The notes under the pieces are model-generated. The model was not told the DNA's origin. It ran no database searches and saw nothing but the letters and a program-made list of their open reading frames with translations. From an uncultured Bdellovibrionales bacterium (GTDB lineage Bacteria > Bdellovibrionota > UBA1018 > CAIPTA01): a DNA stretch of 64,000 bases. Where the stretch lies: positions 287,672-351,671 of the forward strand of contig CAZKBU010000003.1 in NCBI GenBank assembly GCA_964551325.1. The letters run 5' to 3'. Below, piece after piece: positions 47,473-57,037 of this stretch (the first letter of the stretch is position 1; each line of letters begins with the position of its first letter). Both the position numbers and the translations under genes were made by a program.

Positions 47473-48363
47473 GTGATCAGGCTTTGGATCTCACTCTTGG
47501 CAATTCTCTCTTCGTTGGCGGCTCAGGCAGCTCCAGCGGAAGAGCCCCACTTTGTGTGGGCCGACGATGTGAATTTCCATCACCAGTCCACGCTGCATGC
47601 CGACGCCTCCTGGCTTCTAGCACAAAAAGAGACAGCTCCTGAATTGGCTCGAGTGATCGGGGAAGAGGCACCTGGCGGTGATGCGCTCCATGCCTGGCTC
47701 AAGGAAAGAGTGAAAGTGATTCTCTCGAAGGACTGGACCTTGGGGGATAGCTGGGAGGCACTCGCCGAAAAGGTTGATTACCCGCTGACTTCCAAAGGCG
47801 GCATCAAGAGCAATACCGTGGCGATCAATATCGGTAGCGCCCTCTATGCGTTCGGCAAGCGAAACAAAATTCTTGTGGGCGTGAATGTGCCGGGCCTTTC
47901 CGCACCGCTCGCGATTAAGAGCCCACGGGTGGGTTTGGTGCAGATCGGGGACCTTCTCTTTTCCCAGCACTCCCGCGGCGACACTCAGGCAGATCGAATC
48001 TTTCGCCTGTCCGCTCTTTTTCATGAGGCCCGCCACTCCGACGGAAATGGCCCGAGTCTGGGATTCCAGCACTCGCCATGTCCGCCCGATAGTGACCTTC
48101 CTGGTGTCTCGGCCTGCGACGCAAATCGGAACGGCCCCTACTCTGTGGACGCTCAGTTCACGCTCTCGTTTCTGAAATCTTGTAAGAACTGCACCGAAGG
48201 GGGAAAAGATTTTCTTCGCGTCACGGCCGCCAACTCGCTTTCGCGGGTGATTTCCGTCCTGAAGAAGGAGGAAATGTCGTGCGACGAAACAACCTGTCGC
48301 GTAACCATCACCGAAGCCAAGGACACCACCGAATGGGACACTACGCCCGAATCCTTGGACTGA
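47473..48363 (+). CDS. secreted HEARH-motif Cys-rich family protein, paralogue 2
   Basis: signal peptide; FRLSALFHEARHSDGNGPSLGFQH..CP; HEARH at 48022..48036. Confidence 0.7.
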   Translation: MIRLWISLLAILSSLAAQAAPAEEPHFVWADDVNFHHQSTLHADASWLLAQKETAPELARVIGEEAPGGDALHAWLKERVKVILSKDWTLGDSWEALAEKVDYPLTSKGGIKSNTVAINIGSALYAFGKRNKILVGVNVPGLSAPLAIKSPRVGLVQIGDLLFSQHSRGDTQADRIFRLSALFHEARHSDGNGPSLGFQHSPCPPDSDLPGVSACDANRNGPYSVDAQFTLSFLKSCKNCTEGGKDFLRVTAANSLSRVISVLKKEEMSCDETTCRVTITEAKDTTEWDTTPESLD

Positions 48364-49349
48364 GTTTTCTTCTCTTCAGTGCCGACGCCTCCGCATCCTG
48401 GCTTCACTGGTGCGACGATGTGCCGAACGCGCAACGGACTCGCATCGAGCGTGATCTCGAGGAGTTTTCGCTTCTTCCCGCGGTTCAGGAGGATCCAATT
48501 CTTGCGCGTATGTTAGAGCTCCGGGAGGCTACACCGGAAGCTTTTCTCGAATGGATTCGTGCCCGCGTGAAATATGTTACCGGGCGCAAATTCGATCTCG
48601 ATGCTCCCGGAGTTACCGTGGTGTTGCGCGAGGGCGTGAACTATCCGCAGAAGCGAGAATTACCCTGGGGAGTCGCCGCCAAACAGCCGGCACCCGCTCA
48701 CGAGTCGCTGGAGCAGCCCAAAAGCGTAACAGAAATGTCGAACCTAGGATCAGCGGTGTTTCTTGATGGAAAACTCGCTGGCAATCTTTTGGGAATGCGA
48801 TTGCCCGGAATTGCCGAGCCGGTTCCCGTGACCTCGCCGCGAGTAGGAGTAGTGCAAATCGACCGGGGGCTCTTCCAGAGCCCCGATCCGGACAGACTCG
48901 CCGCTCGCCTTCATAGAGTGAGCACTCTCCTTCACGAGGCGCGCCACTCCGATGGAAACGGAAAGAGTCTGGGTTTTTTTCACTTTGTTTGCCCGGACGG
49001 ATCCGACTATCCGGGTGAAGAAGCCTGCGACGTGGCCGAAAACGGCTCCTACGCCATCGAAGCCCGGGCCTTGAAAATCTTCGCTTCCACTTGCGGAAAA
49101 GACTGCACAAAAAAAGAGCGGGAAATTCTCAGGGTAGAAGCCGCCGATATGCTTGCCCGTGTTTACGATGAGCTTCCCGCATTTTCCGGCGAAGATGCGA
49201 TGCCGCTAAGAAAAAAATGTCTGGAGCGCGGCGATCGATCAGAAGAGTGCCGAAAGGTGTTAACGGAGGCCGAGGGCGGGATGGTTCCGATCGTAAAGGC
49301 GTCCTGGTGGGACACGCGTCCTGAGACTCTCACACTGCCACGGGAATGA
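48333..49349 (+). CDS. secreted HEARH-motif Cys-rich family protein, paralogue 3
   Basis: ORF 48279..49349; probable start at Met19 (48333) giving signal-like LGLSFLLFSADASA; overlaps paralogue 2 by 31 nt; HRVSTLLHEARHSDGNGKSLGFFH; HEARH at 48933..48947. Confidence 0.65.
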   Translation: MGHYARILGLSFLLFSADASASWLHWCDDVPNAQRTRIERDLEEFSLLPAVQEDPILARMLELREATPEAFLEWIRARVKYVTGRKFDLDAPGVTVVLREGVNYPQKRELPWGVAAKQPAPAHESLEQPKSVTEMSNLGSAVFLDGKLAGNLLGMRLPGIAEPVPVTSPRVGVVQIDRGLFQSPDPDRLAARLHRVSTLLHEARHSDGNGKSLGFFHFVCPDGSDYPGEEACDVAENGSYAIEARALKIFASTCGKDCTKKEREILRVEAADMLARVYDELPAFSGEDAMPLRKKCLERGDRSEECRKVLTEAEGGMVPIVKASWWDTRPETLTLPRE

Positions 49350-51009
49350 TTCGGAACTGACCCACATCCACGAGGCCCTTGTCGGTGAGCTTAAGATGAG
49401 GGATCACCGGTAAGCTCAGAAACGCCAGTTGAAGGAACGGCTCTGCGAGGGAGCAGCCCGCGGCGTGGCTGGCAGCATGAAGGTCCCGCAAAGATTTCTC
49501 CACCCGATCGGCGGAGAGTGGAGTCATGAGGCCCCCGAATGGGAGAGCCAACTCGGCCATAACCGCTCCGTTATGGACCACGCAAAATCCGCCGCCGCTT
49601 CGAATCAAGGACTGGAAGGCGAGAGTCATGTCGTGAGTATCTGAACCCACGCAGATGAGATTATGACTGTCGTGTCCCACGCTGGAGGCGATCGCGCCGC
49701 GGAAGTTATCGCCAAATCCTTTCACATAACCGTTGGCCGGGCGGCTGCCATGGCCATAGCGCTCGAGAACTGAAAGTCGGGCCACTCCCGGAGCGTTGTG
49801 AGGAAGTGTGTGGTGATGGGTAATAATCTTTCCCTCTTCCACGCCGATTACATGCACATGACCCGCCGGACCTTCGAGGTCCTTCGGTGCGGGTGCAGCG
49901 GCACGTACCGTATTGGGAAAGGACGTCGCCGAAATCGTAGGGGTTGAAACCTCAGGTAGGGGAATCCCTCGGCAAAACACTTCGCGGATAGAAACCTGGC
50001 GAACGTCGTCGAGAAGCAGAAGGTCCGCTCGCCAACCCGGGGCCACAGCGCCCTTCCGGTCCGGGCCTCGATCCAGCCCGTAGTGCCGGGCCACGCTCCA
50101 GGAGCTGGCCCGGTAGGCTACCTCTGGTGCTACTCCCCCGCGTATCGCTTCCCGTACCAGCCAGTCAATGTGTCCTTCTCGGGCAATGTCGAGAGGGTTG
50201 CGGTCGTCGGTACAGAAGCCCACGCTCGTGGACGTGGCAAGCTTCACAAGCGGCAGAAGAGTGTGAAGGTCTTTGGCCACGCTTCCCTCTCGAATCCAAA
50301 CGGAAATTCCCTTGGTGAGCTTTTCCTCCGCTTCGGGTAGCTGGGAGGATTCGTGGCAGCAGGAAATTCCACACGCGGCATAGGCCGAGAGTTCGCGCCC
50401 CCGGAGGAGAGGGGCGTGGCCGTCGAGTGGGCGATCGGAGAATGCCTGAAGTTTCTCGTGAACGATCGGATCGCCATGGAGCACACCCGGAACGTTCATC
50501 ATCTCCGCAAGTCCAAGAGTCTTCGGATGATCCTTTAGCGGAAGAAGGTCCTTCGCTCCGAGCACCCCAGCCCCGTTGGTCTCCATTCCGGTGGCCGGCA
50601 CGCACGAGGGGAGCATCACCCTAAGATCGAGTGGGAGCGTCTCCGCAGCGCGAAGAAAATATCGAATTCCTTCCACGCCGATTACGTTGGCGATCTCATG
50701 AGGATCGGCGATCACGGTGGTGGTGCCGCGAGGAAGTACGGTAGAGGAAAAATTTTCCGGAATGAGCAGCGAACTTTCAATGTGCACATGGGCGTCGATG
50801 AAACCGGGTACAAGAAATTTTCCCCGTCCGTCGATCTCCCGAATGGCCTGAAGACCTGGCTCGAGTGCCACTATCACCCCATCGGCTATAGCCACGTCGC
50901 CCGTGTGCCAGGAGCAGGAAAAGACGTCGAGCCAAGTTACGTTACGGAAGATCAAGTCGCAGGGGGCTCGCCCTTGGGCGGCGTCGAGGCGTCGAAGTAG
51001 AGAGCTCAT
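49330..51009 (-). CDS. ade: adenine deaminase
   Basis: ORF runs to 51087; more likely start at Met27 (51009), removing the head-on start overlap with 51060(+); GFIDAHVHIESS metal-binding motif, adenine-deaminase subfamily of amidohydrolases. Confidence 0.8.
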   Translation of the reverse strand: MSSLLRRLDAAQGRAPCDLIFRNVTWLDVFSCSWHTGDVAIADGVIVALEPGLQAIREIDGRGKFLVPGFIDAHVHIESSLLIPENFSSTVLPRGTTTVIADPHEIANVIGVEGIRYFLRAAETLPLDLRVMLPSCVPATGMETNGAGVLGAKDLLPLKDHPKTLGLAEMMNVPGVLHGDPIVHEKLQAFSDRPLDGHAPLLRGRELSAYAACGISCCHESSQLPEAEEKLTKGISVWIREGSVAKDLHTLLPLVKLATSTSVGFCTDDRNPLDIAREGHIDWLVREAIRGGVAPEVAYRASSWSVARHYGLDRGPDRKGAVAPGWRADLLLLDDVRQVSIREVFCRGIPLPEVSTPTISATSFPNTVRAAAPAPKDLEGPAGHVHVIGVEEGKIITHHHTLPHNAPGVARLSVLERYGHGSRPANGYVKGFGDNFRGAIASSVGHDSHNLICVGSDTHDMTLAFQSLIRSGGGFCVVHNGAVMAELALPFGGLMTPLSADRVEKSLRDLHAASHAAGCSLAEPFLQLAFLSLPVIPHLKLTDKGLVDVGQFRIIPVAV

Positions 51010-51059
51010 AGAGGGAATGCTACCGCGGCTTTTGGAGGCACGCACACTTTTGTGCCAGA

Positions 51060-51929
51060 ATGACCGCGATGAAGACCGATGGAACAAAACGTTATGCTGC
51101 TGTGCTTTCTCTCACAGAGATGGGGCTCGGGAGCTTACTCCACTCCCTTCACATCCCTCTGGCCGGGCACGCCCTTTCCCTGAACCAGGGAGCGATTCTC
51201 ACATTCGCGCTCAAGCGAGCCGAAAACAGGCGAAAGGCCGTGGAAGGGAGCGCAGCGATTTCCTTGGCGGCCGCTGGAATGAAAGCCCTGTCCCCGGCGG
51301 GAAAGCGCCTCACTCCGATGCTGGGAATTTCAGTGCAGGGCTTTCTTTACGCGCTCGGCACGGCGCTGGGGGGGCGAAATCTGGCGGGGGCAGTGCTGGG
51401 AATGGCTCTCCTTTCCGTGTGGGCGTTTGCTCAGCCCGTGCTTTTGGCTTGGATCATTTTCGGCAAAGAGCTTTTTTATTCCGTTTTTGATCTTTGGCAG
51501 GGCTTGGCGGAAAAAATTGGGTTGCCGGTGGAGACTGGCATCTGGGTGTTGGCAGCGGTGGTGGCGTTGAAAGTACTAGCGGGAGTGGGCGTGGGAGCTT
51601 TGAGCTGGTTGGCAGCGCCCGCGCGCGAGGAGAGTTACATCGCAGGTCTTTCCGAGCGGGTAACCCGGGAGTTCCATCGCATGCGTGGTCCCGTGGAGGT
51701 TGAGTCGGGACGCAGGCTGGCGGTGCTTGCGCTGCGGGATATGGCGCGCCCGTGGTTTGTGGCGAGTTTCGGAGTTTCCTTGGCGTGTTTTTTCGCCTTT
51801 CGAGATAGCAACGTGGAAGCAGCCGTGGTCTATGGTTTTCGGGTTTTGTTGACGGGTTGGCTCGCGTTCTGGTTTTTTCGGTGGGCGGCCAAGCGATGGC
51901 AACTTTGGGAGAAATGGAATGAGAATTAA
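51060..51929 (+). CDS. hypothetical integral membrane protein
   Basis: 289 aa; 6-7 hydrophobic helices; sits inside the purine-catabolism cluster. Confidence 0.45.
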   Translation: MTAMKTDGTKRYAAVLSLTEMGLGSLLHSLHIPLAGHALSLNQGAILTFALKRAENRRKAVEGSAAISLAAAGMKALSPAGKRLTPMLGISVQGFLYALGTALGGRNLAGAVLGMALLSVWAFAQPVLLAWIIFGKELFYSVFDLWQGLAEKIGLPVETGIWVLAAVVALKVLAGVGVGALSWLAAPAREESYIAGLSERVTREFHRMRGPVEVESGRRLAVLALRDMARPWFVASFGVSLACFFAFRDSNVEAAVVYGFRVLLTGWLAFWFFRWAAKRWQLWEKWNEN

Positions 51930-52488
51930 GCCGCTGGCAGATTATCCGCTTCTGGTGCGCCTGATTTTTTGGGCGCAACGAAAAAAATACGGTGAGGTGC
52001 TTTTGCCAGCTCGAATCTGGGGTCGTTCGCCGAAGCTGCTCTATGGTCTTCAGTGTTTTTATCGAGCTATTGATCGTAAAAGTTCCCCGATTGAACCCGC
52101 TCTACGGGCTTTGATCAATGTGAAGGTTTCTCAGATCAACCACTGTGCGTTCTGTGTAGACATCAGCAGTTCGCTTCTCGAAAAACGCGGAGTGTCGGCT
52201 GAAAAAATAGCGGCCTTGCCCCATTTTATGGAGACCGCGCTTTTTTCCTCAAGGGAACGTGTTGCATTAGCCTACGCTGTGGCTATCACTCTGCCGGAGA
52301 GAAGAGTTGACGATGCTTTGTTTCAGGAATTGAGAAAAGAGTTTTCCGAGGACGAGGTTGTGGAGCTTACGGCCCTGATCGGGTACCAAAACCTCTCTAG
52401 CAAATTCAACGCTGCTTTGGAGGTGCCGCCCCAGGGGTTTTGTCTTGTAGGGCGGGCTTCATACTCAGAAGCTCCGCGGCCACACTGA
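51919..52488 (+). CDS. carboxymuconolactone decarboxylase / AhpD-like family protein
   Basis: INHCAFCVD CxxC-type AhpD core motif; 189 aa; 83-nt convergent overlap with xdhC. Confidence 0.55.
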   Translation: MRIKPLADYPLLVRLIFWAQRKKYGEVLLPARIWGRSPKLLYGLQCFYRAIDRKSSPIEPALRALINVKVSQINHCAFCVDISSSLLEKRGVSAEKIAALPHFMETALFSSRERVALAYAVAITLPERRVDDALFQELRKEFSEDEVVELTALIGYQNLSSKFNAALEVPPQGFCLVGRASYSEAPRPH

Positions 52489-53221
52489 TCGCAATTTCCT
52501 GCGGATCATTGCCGCCGATTGAAAGGCCGATGGGCGAGCGCAGCTCCTCGATCAGTGCAGGCGGAACTCCACTTTCTTCCAGTTCCCGGCGCATTTTTCC
52601 CGCTTTCACTTGGCTGCCCATGGCACCGATGAACGGGGCCGACGGATGCACGCGAAACAGTTCACGAAGAATCGGCATGTCCGTGGCATGGCCCTGGGTC
52701 ATCACCACGAAAAACGCCGTAGATGGAAGTGATGCCACAAGATTTGCAGGTTCCGCCACCAGCTCAACTCGGAGATTCGGGGCTGATGGAAGGCGAGCAA
52801 TCCACTCATTCCTCGGATCAACGCAGGTGATTCGGCAGGAAAGCGGCAGCAACACGCGCACCAGGGCCTGGGCCACATGGCCCGCTCCAAAGATCACGAT
52901 TTCCCAGGCGCTTGAGGCGTGGGGTTCAAAGAGGTAGGTGGTCTCGCCTCCGCAGGTCATGCCGATGTCGCGCTGAAGATTCCAAGTAGCGAGCCATGGC
53001 GCGGTTTCCATTTCTGCGAGCATTCTCTGAGATTCTCTGATGCAGCGAGCTTCGATCTTACCGCCCCCCACAGTGCCGTGATGTAAGCCCCTTGCCGTAA
53101 TAATCGCCTTTGCCCCCGGATCCGACGGCGCACCACCGCGAACTCCCACCAGGGTGACCACCACAAATGGTGTGCCCAAACGCATAAGTTCTTCGGCTGC
53201 GGAAAAATGTGTCAACGCCAC
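52406..53221 (-). CDS. xdhC: xanthine dehydrogenase accessory/maturation factor XdhC
   Basis: XdhC/CoxI-like N-domain plus Rossmann-like VIFGAGHVAQALVRVL; stop/start overlap with xdhB. Confidence 0.7.
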   Translation of the reverse strand: MALTHFSAAEELMRLGTPFVVVTLVGVRGGAPSDPGAKAIITARGLHHGTVGGGKIEARCIRESQRMLAEMETAPWLATWNLQRDIGMTCGGETTYLFEPHASSAWEIVIFGAGHVAQALVRVLLPLSCRITCVDPRNEWIARLPSAPNLRVELVAEPANLVASLPSTAFFVVMTQGHATDMPILRELFRVHPSAPFIGAMGSQVKAGKMRRELEESGVPPALIEELRSPIGLSIGGNDPQEIAISVAAELLSMKPALQDKTPGAAPPKQR

Positions 53222-55572
53222 TCCTCGAATCGCTCTGGATCAATGGCACGAAAAACCTCTTCCTGCGTGGCTGGGAGCTCCAGTTCGGGAAGCTTTTCCT
53301 TCCATGACGGCAATCCTCGGAGGGCGTCGTGAATTGCGGTCCAAACGGAAATCGCCAAAAGGAGAGGAGGTTCTCCAACCGCTTTCGTGCCCCGCACGTT
53401 TACGCTGTTGTGGGGATTATCCAGTAGGTCGATGTTAAATTCCCGCGGCGTATCCTGAATGTTCGGAATCTTGTAGGTGGAGGGGGCGTGGGAGAGGAGC
53501 AGGCCGCCTTCCGAGTAGTGAAGTTTTTCCGTGGTCACCCATCCCATGCCTTGCACGAAAGCTCCCGCCACCTGACCTCGGTCGAGAGACTCGTTCACGG
53601 GGCGTCCTAAATCCATCAGAATGTCCACCCGTCGAACCTTTGTTTCGCCAGTGTGAGAGTCGATCTCCACTTCCGAGCACGCGGCACCTTGGGTGAAGTA
53701 GAGAAACGCTCTTCCCTGACCAGTGAGTTTATTGAAGGTGAGGTGAGGAAACTTGTAGTGAGCATACTCCGACAGAGAAACTCGGTTCAGGTAGGCCTCG
53801 TTAACCACATCTTGAAACGAAACTTTTCGCTTCGGATCGGCGCGATCCACCACATATCCGTTACAAAAATCCACCGCTGGTTCTTCCGCTGGAATCACCG
53901 CTTCGGACTCGGTGCCGAGGCCGGCGGTTTTGGCGGCCCAACGCTCGCTCGGGAGCTGCATCAGGCGAAGGGCGATATGACCAAGTCGGTGACGGATGCG
54001 AAAGGAGGCCACTTCAGCGGCGGCTCCATTCAAGTCGGTACCCGACGATGCGGCAGTGGGAGAGGTGTTGGCGTTTTTTTCCGTAGACGTGGGCATCAGC
54101 CGCACCGATACGGCGGGTAAACCGAACACATCGGCCACGATCTTTCCAATTCGCGTATTTACACCTTGGCCCATTTCCGTGGCGCCAGTGCTGACCTGAA
54201 GCGAGCCGTCTCGGTGAATCACAACAAGAGCATTTGCTTGGTTCAGGTACCGAGTCGTGAATGAGATACCGAATTTCACGGGCGTGAGAGAGAGTCCTCG
54301 CCGCGTGGCTTGCGACTTCCGATTATGAGTCTCGATCTCTCGTCTACGAGCCCGATACGCGCAGCTTTTCTCTAAGCGGGAGAAAAGTTCGGGAAGTAGG
54401 TTATTTTCCACCTTCTGGCCGTAGGGGGTTATGTCGTGGTCCGGCCCCTCGTAACAGTTGATCCGTCTCACATCGAGCGGGTCCATTTTCAGAAAGTGGG
54501 CGATCTCTTCCACGATACGTTCGATGGTGGCCACGCCCTTGGGGCCGCCAAAACCGCGAAACGCCGTGTGGGGATGAAAATTGGTCCGGCAAACCTGGCC
54601 GCGCACTTGAAAATCGGGAATGAAATACGCGTTGTCGGTGTGGAGCATCGCCCGCTCCATGATGGCAGTGGAGAGATCCGCGCACGCGCCACCGTCGGAG
54701 AAAAGATTCACATCAAGAGCGAGGATACGGCCCTTCTGATCGAATCCCACCTTCCAATGGTTTTCGAAGGGGTTCCGCTTACCAGTGATCACCATGTCGT
54801 CGTCTTTGGTGAGCGCGATGCGGGCCGGTCGTCCGAGTTTTTGGGCGGCGAGGGCGGCATACGCGGCGAATGGAGCAGCCTGGGATTCTTTTCCGCCAAA
54901 AGCACCGCCCATGCGCTTCACCACACAAATCACCCGGGAGTAGTCGATGCCGAGAGCGTGAGCTACCACATGCTGCACCTCGGAGGGATGTTGGGCGGAA
55001 GAGTGGACCTCGATCACACCGTCTTCCCGGGGAATGGCGGCGGCGGCCTGGCTTTCGAGATAGAAGTGCTCTGCGCCTCGAATCACGATGGTACCTTCCA
55101 GACGATGTGGAGCGCTTAGGAGGGCGCTTTCAGCATCTCCGCGGGCAATTGTTCTTTCGAATCCAATAAACGACTTGCGGCTCCTAGCCTCTTGGATGGA
55201 GAGAATGGGATTCAGAATTTCCCAATCCACCTTCACTAAGTCTCGAGCCAGGCGCGCAGCGGTGGGGGAGTCGGCGACCACGAGCGCATAGGGCTCGCCG
55301 CAATAATTTACTTCTTCGTGGGCGAGAAGAGGTTGATCCTGAAAAACTGTGCCCCAGAGGTTCTCGTGAAAATCGTCGGCTGTGAACACGGCCACCACGC
55401 CGGGTGCCTTTGTGGCAGCGAGAGTGTGGAGGCGCTTAATACGGGCCCGGGCATGAGGGCTCCAACACACCTCCACATAGACCTCGCCGCGCACGGGCGG
55501 ACGATCGTCGATATACTCGCTGCGCCCCGTAACGTGACTTCGCGCAGAATCGTGGGAGGCATCGCGTTTCAC
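53212..55572 (-). CDS. xdhB: xanthine dehydrogenase molybdopterin-binding subunit
   Basis: 786 aa; aldehyde oxidase/xanthine dehydrogenase a/b hammerhead and MoCo-binding domains (GGAFGGKE, QGMGW motifs). Confidence 0.9.
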   Translation of the reverse strand: MKRDASHDSARSHVTGRSEYIDDRPPVRGEVYVEVCWSPHARARIKRLHTLAATKAPGVVAVFTADDFHENLWGTVFQDQPLLAHEEVNYCGEPYALVVADSPTAARLARDLVKVDWEILNPILSIQEARSRKSFIGFERTIARGDAESALLSAPHRLEGTIVIRGAEHFYLESQAAAAIPREDGVIEVHSSAQHPSEVQHVVAHALGIDYSRVICVVKRMGGAFGGKESQAAPFAAYAALAAQKLGRPARIALTKDDDMVITGKRNPFENHWKVGFDQKGRILALDVNLFSDGGACADLSTAIMERAMLHTDNAYFIPDFQVRGQVCRTNFHPHTAFRGFGGPKGVATIERIVEEIAHFLKMDPLDVRRINCYEGPDHDITPYGQKVENNLLPELFSRLEKSCAYRARRREIETHNRKSQATRRGLSLTPVKFGISFTTRYLNQANALVVIHRDGSLQVSTGATEMGQGVNTRIGKIVADVFGLPAVSVRLMPTSTEKNANTSPTAASSGTDLNGAAAEVASFRIRHRLGHIALRLMQLPSERWAAKTAGLGTESEAVIPAEEPAVDFCNGYVVDRADPKRKVSFQDVVNEAYLNRVSLSEYAHYKFPHLTFNKLTGQGRAFLYFTQGAACSEVEIDSHTGETKVRRVDILMDLGRPVNESLDRGQVAGAFVQGMGWVTTEKLHYSEGGLLLSHAPSTYKIPNIQDTPREFNIDLLDNPHNSVNVRGTKAVGEPPLLLAISVWTAIHDALRGLPSWKEKLPELELPATQEEVFRAIDPERFEEWR

Positions 55573-56990
55573 AGGGATCCCCCCGCTTCGTCGAAGAACT
55601 TCTTCAGAAAAGCTTCGGCGAGTCCCCGTCGAAAAGCACTCGATCCGCGGAGATCGGATAGTGGCGAGATTTCTTTTTGCAGAGCGTTTCGTGCTTCGTG
55701 GAATGCCTCTTTATCGAGACGACGCCCAAGGAGCGCCTTCTCCGTGGCCGGCAGGCGAAGAGCGGTTGCGGCCACGCCGCCGTAGGCGATGGAGATCTGT
55801 TCGAGAGTTTCATTCCGTTTCTTCCAACGAAATGCCGCGTTTACGGCGGAAATATCGAGATCCTTTCGCTGGGATGCCTTGAAGATGCGAACCACTTCAT
55901 TCTTCTTCGGAAGATCGAAAATCACATGGGTCACGATTTCTCCCGGACGGAGAGCGGTTTTCTTGTAGCCGAGGAAAAAATTCCGGAGTGGAACTTTGCG
56001 CTTTCCCTTGGGTCCGTGGACTTCCACATCCGCCTCGAGCACGAGGAGCGCGGGAGGGGTGTCGGCGATTGGAGAAGCGTTCACCACGTTGCCCACGAGA
56101 GTCGCTACGTTCTTGATTTGCGGTGAGGCGAACAGATCCAGAAATCGGCCGAGCTCGGAGTTTTTTGTAGCTTGCCTAACGTTGGCCAAAGTAACCCGGG
56201 CACCGACCCGAAGCCGGCCTTTGGTTGCTTTCATTTCATAAAGCTCCGAAACCTGGTGCAGGCTCAGAAGATGAGTGAGGCGGTGCCGATATTTATTGTG
56301 AACCACCCCTAAATCAGTGGCTGCACCTGCGATCCGCACTTGCTTATTTTTTTTGATCCACGCCAGGGCGGCACGGAGAGTGGTCGGGGCGAAAAAGGAA
56401 TAGTCGGCAGTCTCAAGAAGGAGGGGTTTTCGGAGCAGAGTCCTCAACTCCCGCTTTTGGGCCGGGGAAAGAAATCGCTTTTCCACCGACTCGCAGGCGC
56501 TCACATTCACCGAGCATGCCGCGTCCAAAATCGACTGGTAGCCGGTGCAGCGGCATAGGTTGCCGGTGAGGGCATTGGCGGCGTCCTTCTGGGTGATGCC
56601 TTCGTGGGTGGGGATTTTCTTCTCCACGAGGCCCGTGAGCGACATCACGAATCCCGGTGTGCAGTATCCGCATTGGGAGCCATGACAATCCACCATGGCC
56701 TGTTGAACTGGCGACAGCTTTTGCTCTGTACCGAGGGCTTCCACCGTGATGAGGCTGGAGCCGTGGAGCTGTCCGAGCGGGGCGATGCAGGAGTTGATGG
56801 GAAGAAACCGCCCCCGCTTTTCGAGGGGAAACCAACGCAAGACTGTGCAGGCGCCGCAGTCGCCCTCAGCGCAGACGACCTTGGTGCCCGTCAGGCCTCG
56901 TTCCCTGCGAAGGTATTCCGCGAGCATCAGGGGGGCGTGGTCGGCGCCGACCTCCACCCGTTCTCCATTCAGATGGAAGACGATTTTCAT
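55569..56990 (-). CDS. xdhA: xanthine dehydrogenase small subunit (2Fe-2S + FAD-binding)
   Basis: CAEGDCGACTV and CGYCTPG [2Fe-2S] motifs; FAD-binding PCMH domain; ATGA overlap with xdhB. Confidence 0.9.
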   Translation of the reverse strand: MKIVFHLNGERVEVGADHAPLMLAEYLRRERGLTGTKVVCAEGDCGACTVLRWFPLEKRGRFLPINSCIAPLGQLHGSSLITVEALGTEQKLSPVQQAMVDCHGSQCGYCTPGFVMSLTGLVEKKIPTHEGITQKDAANALTGNLCRCTGYQSILDAACSVNVSACESVEKRFLSPAQKRELRTLLRKPLLLETADYSFFAPTTLRAALAWIKKNKQVRIAGAATDLGVVHNKYRHRLTHLLSLHQVSELYEMKATKGRLRVGARVTLANVRQATKNSELGRFLDLFASPQIKNVATLVGNVVNASPIADTPPALLVLEADVEVHGPKGKRKVPLRNFFLGYKKTALRPGEIVTHVIFDLPKKNEVVRIFKASQRKDLDISAVNAAFRWKKRNETLEQISIAYGGVAATALRLPATEKALLGRRLDKEAFHEARNALQKEISPLSDLRGSSAFRRGLAEAFLKKFFDEAGGSL

Positions 56991-57037
56991 GGCCCTCTCA
57001 GGGTGCTAAACCGCGGAATCGGTGTCAATATCGGTGC

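Noticed and set aside
53653-55119. Plus-strand ORFs 53653..54120 and 54436..55119
   Set aside because: Antisense to xdhB.
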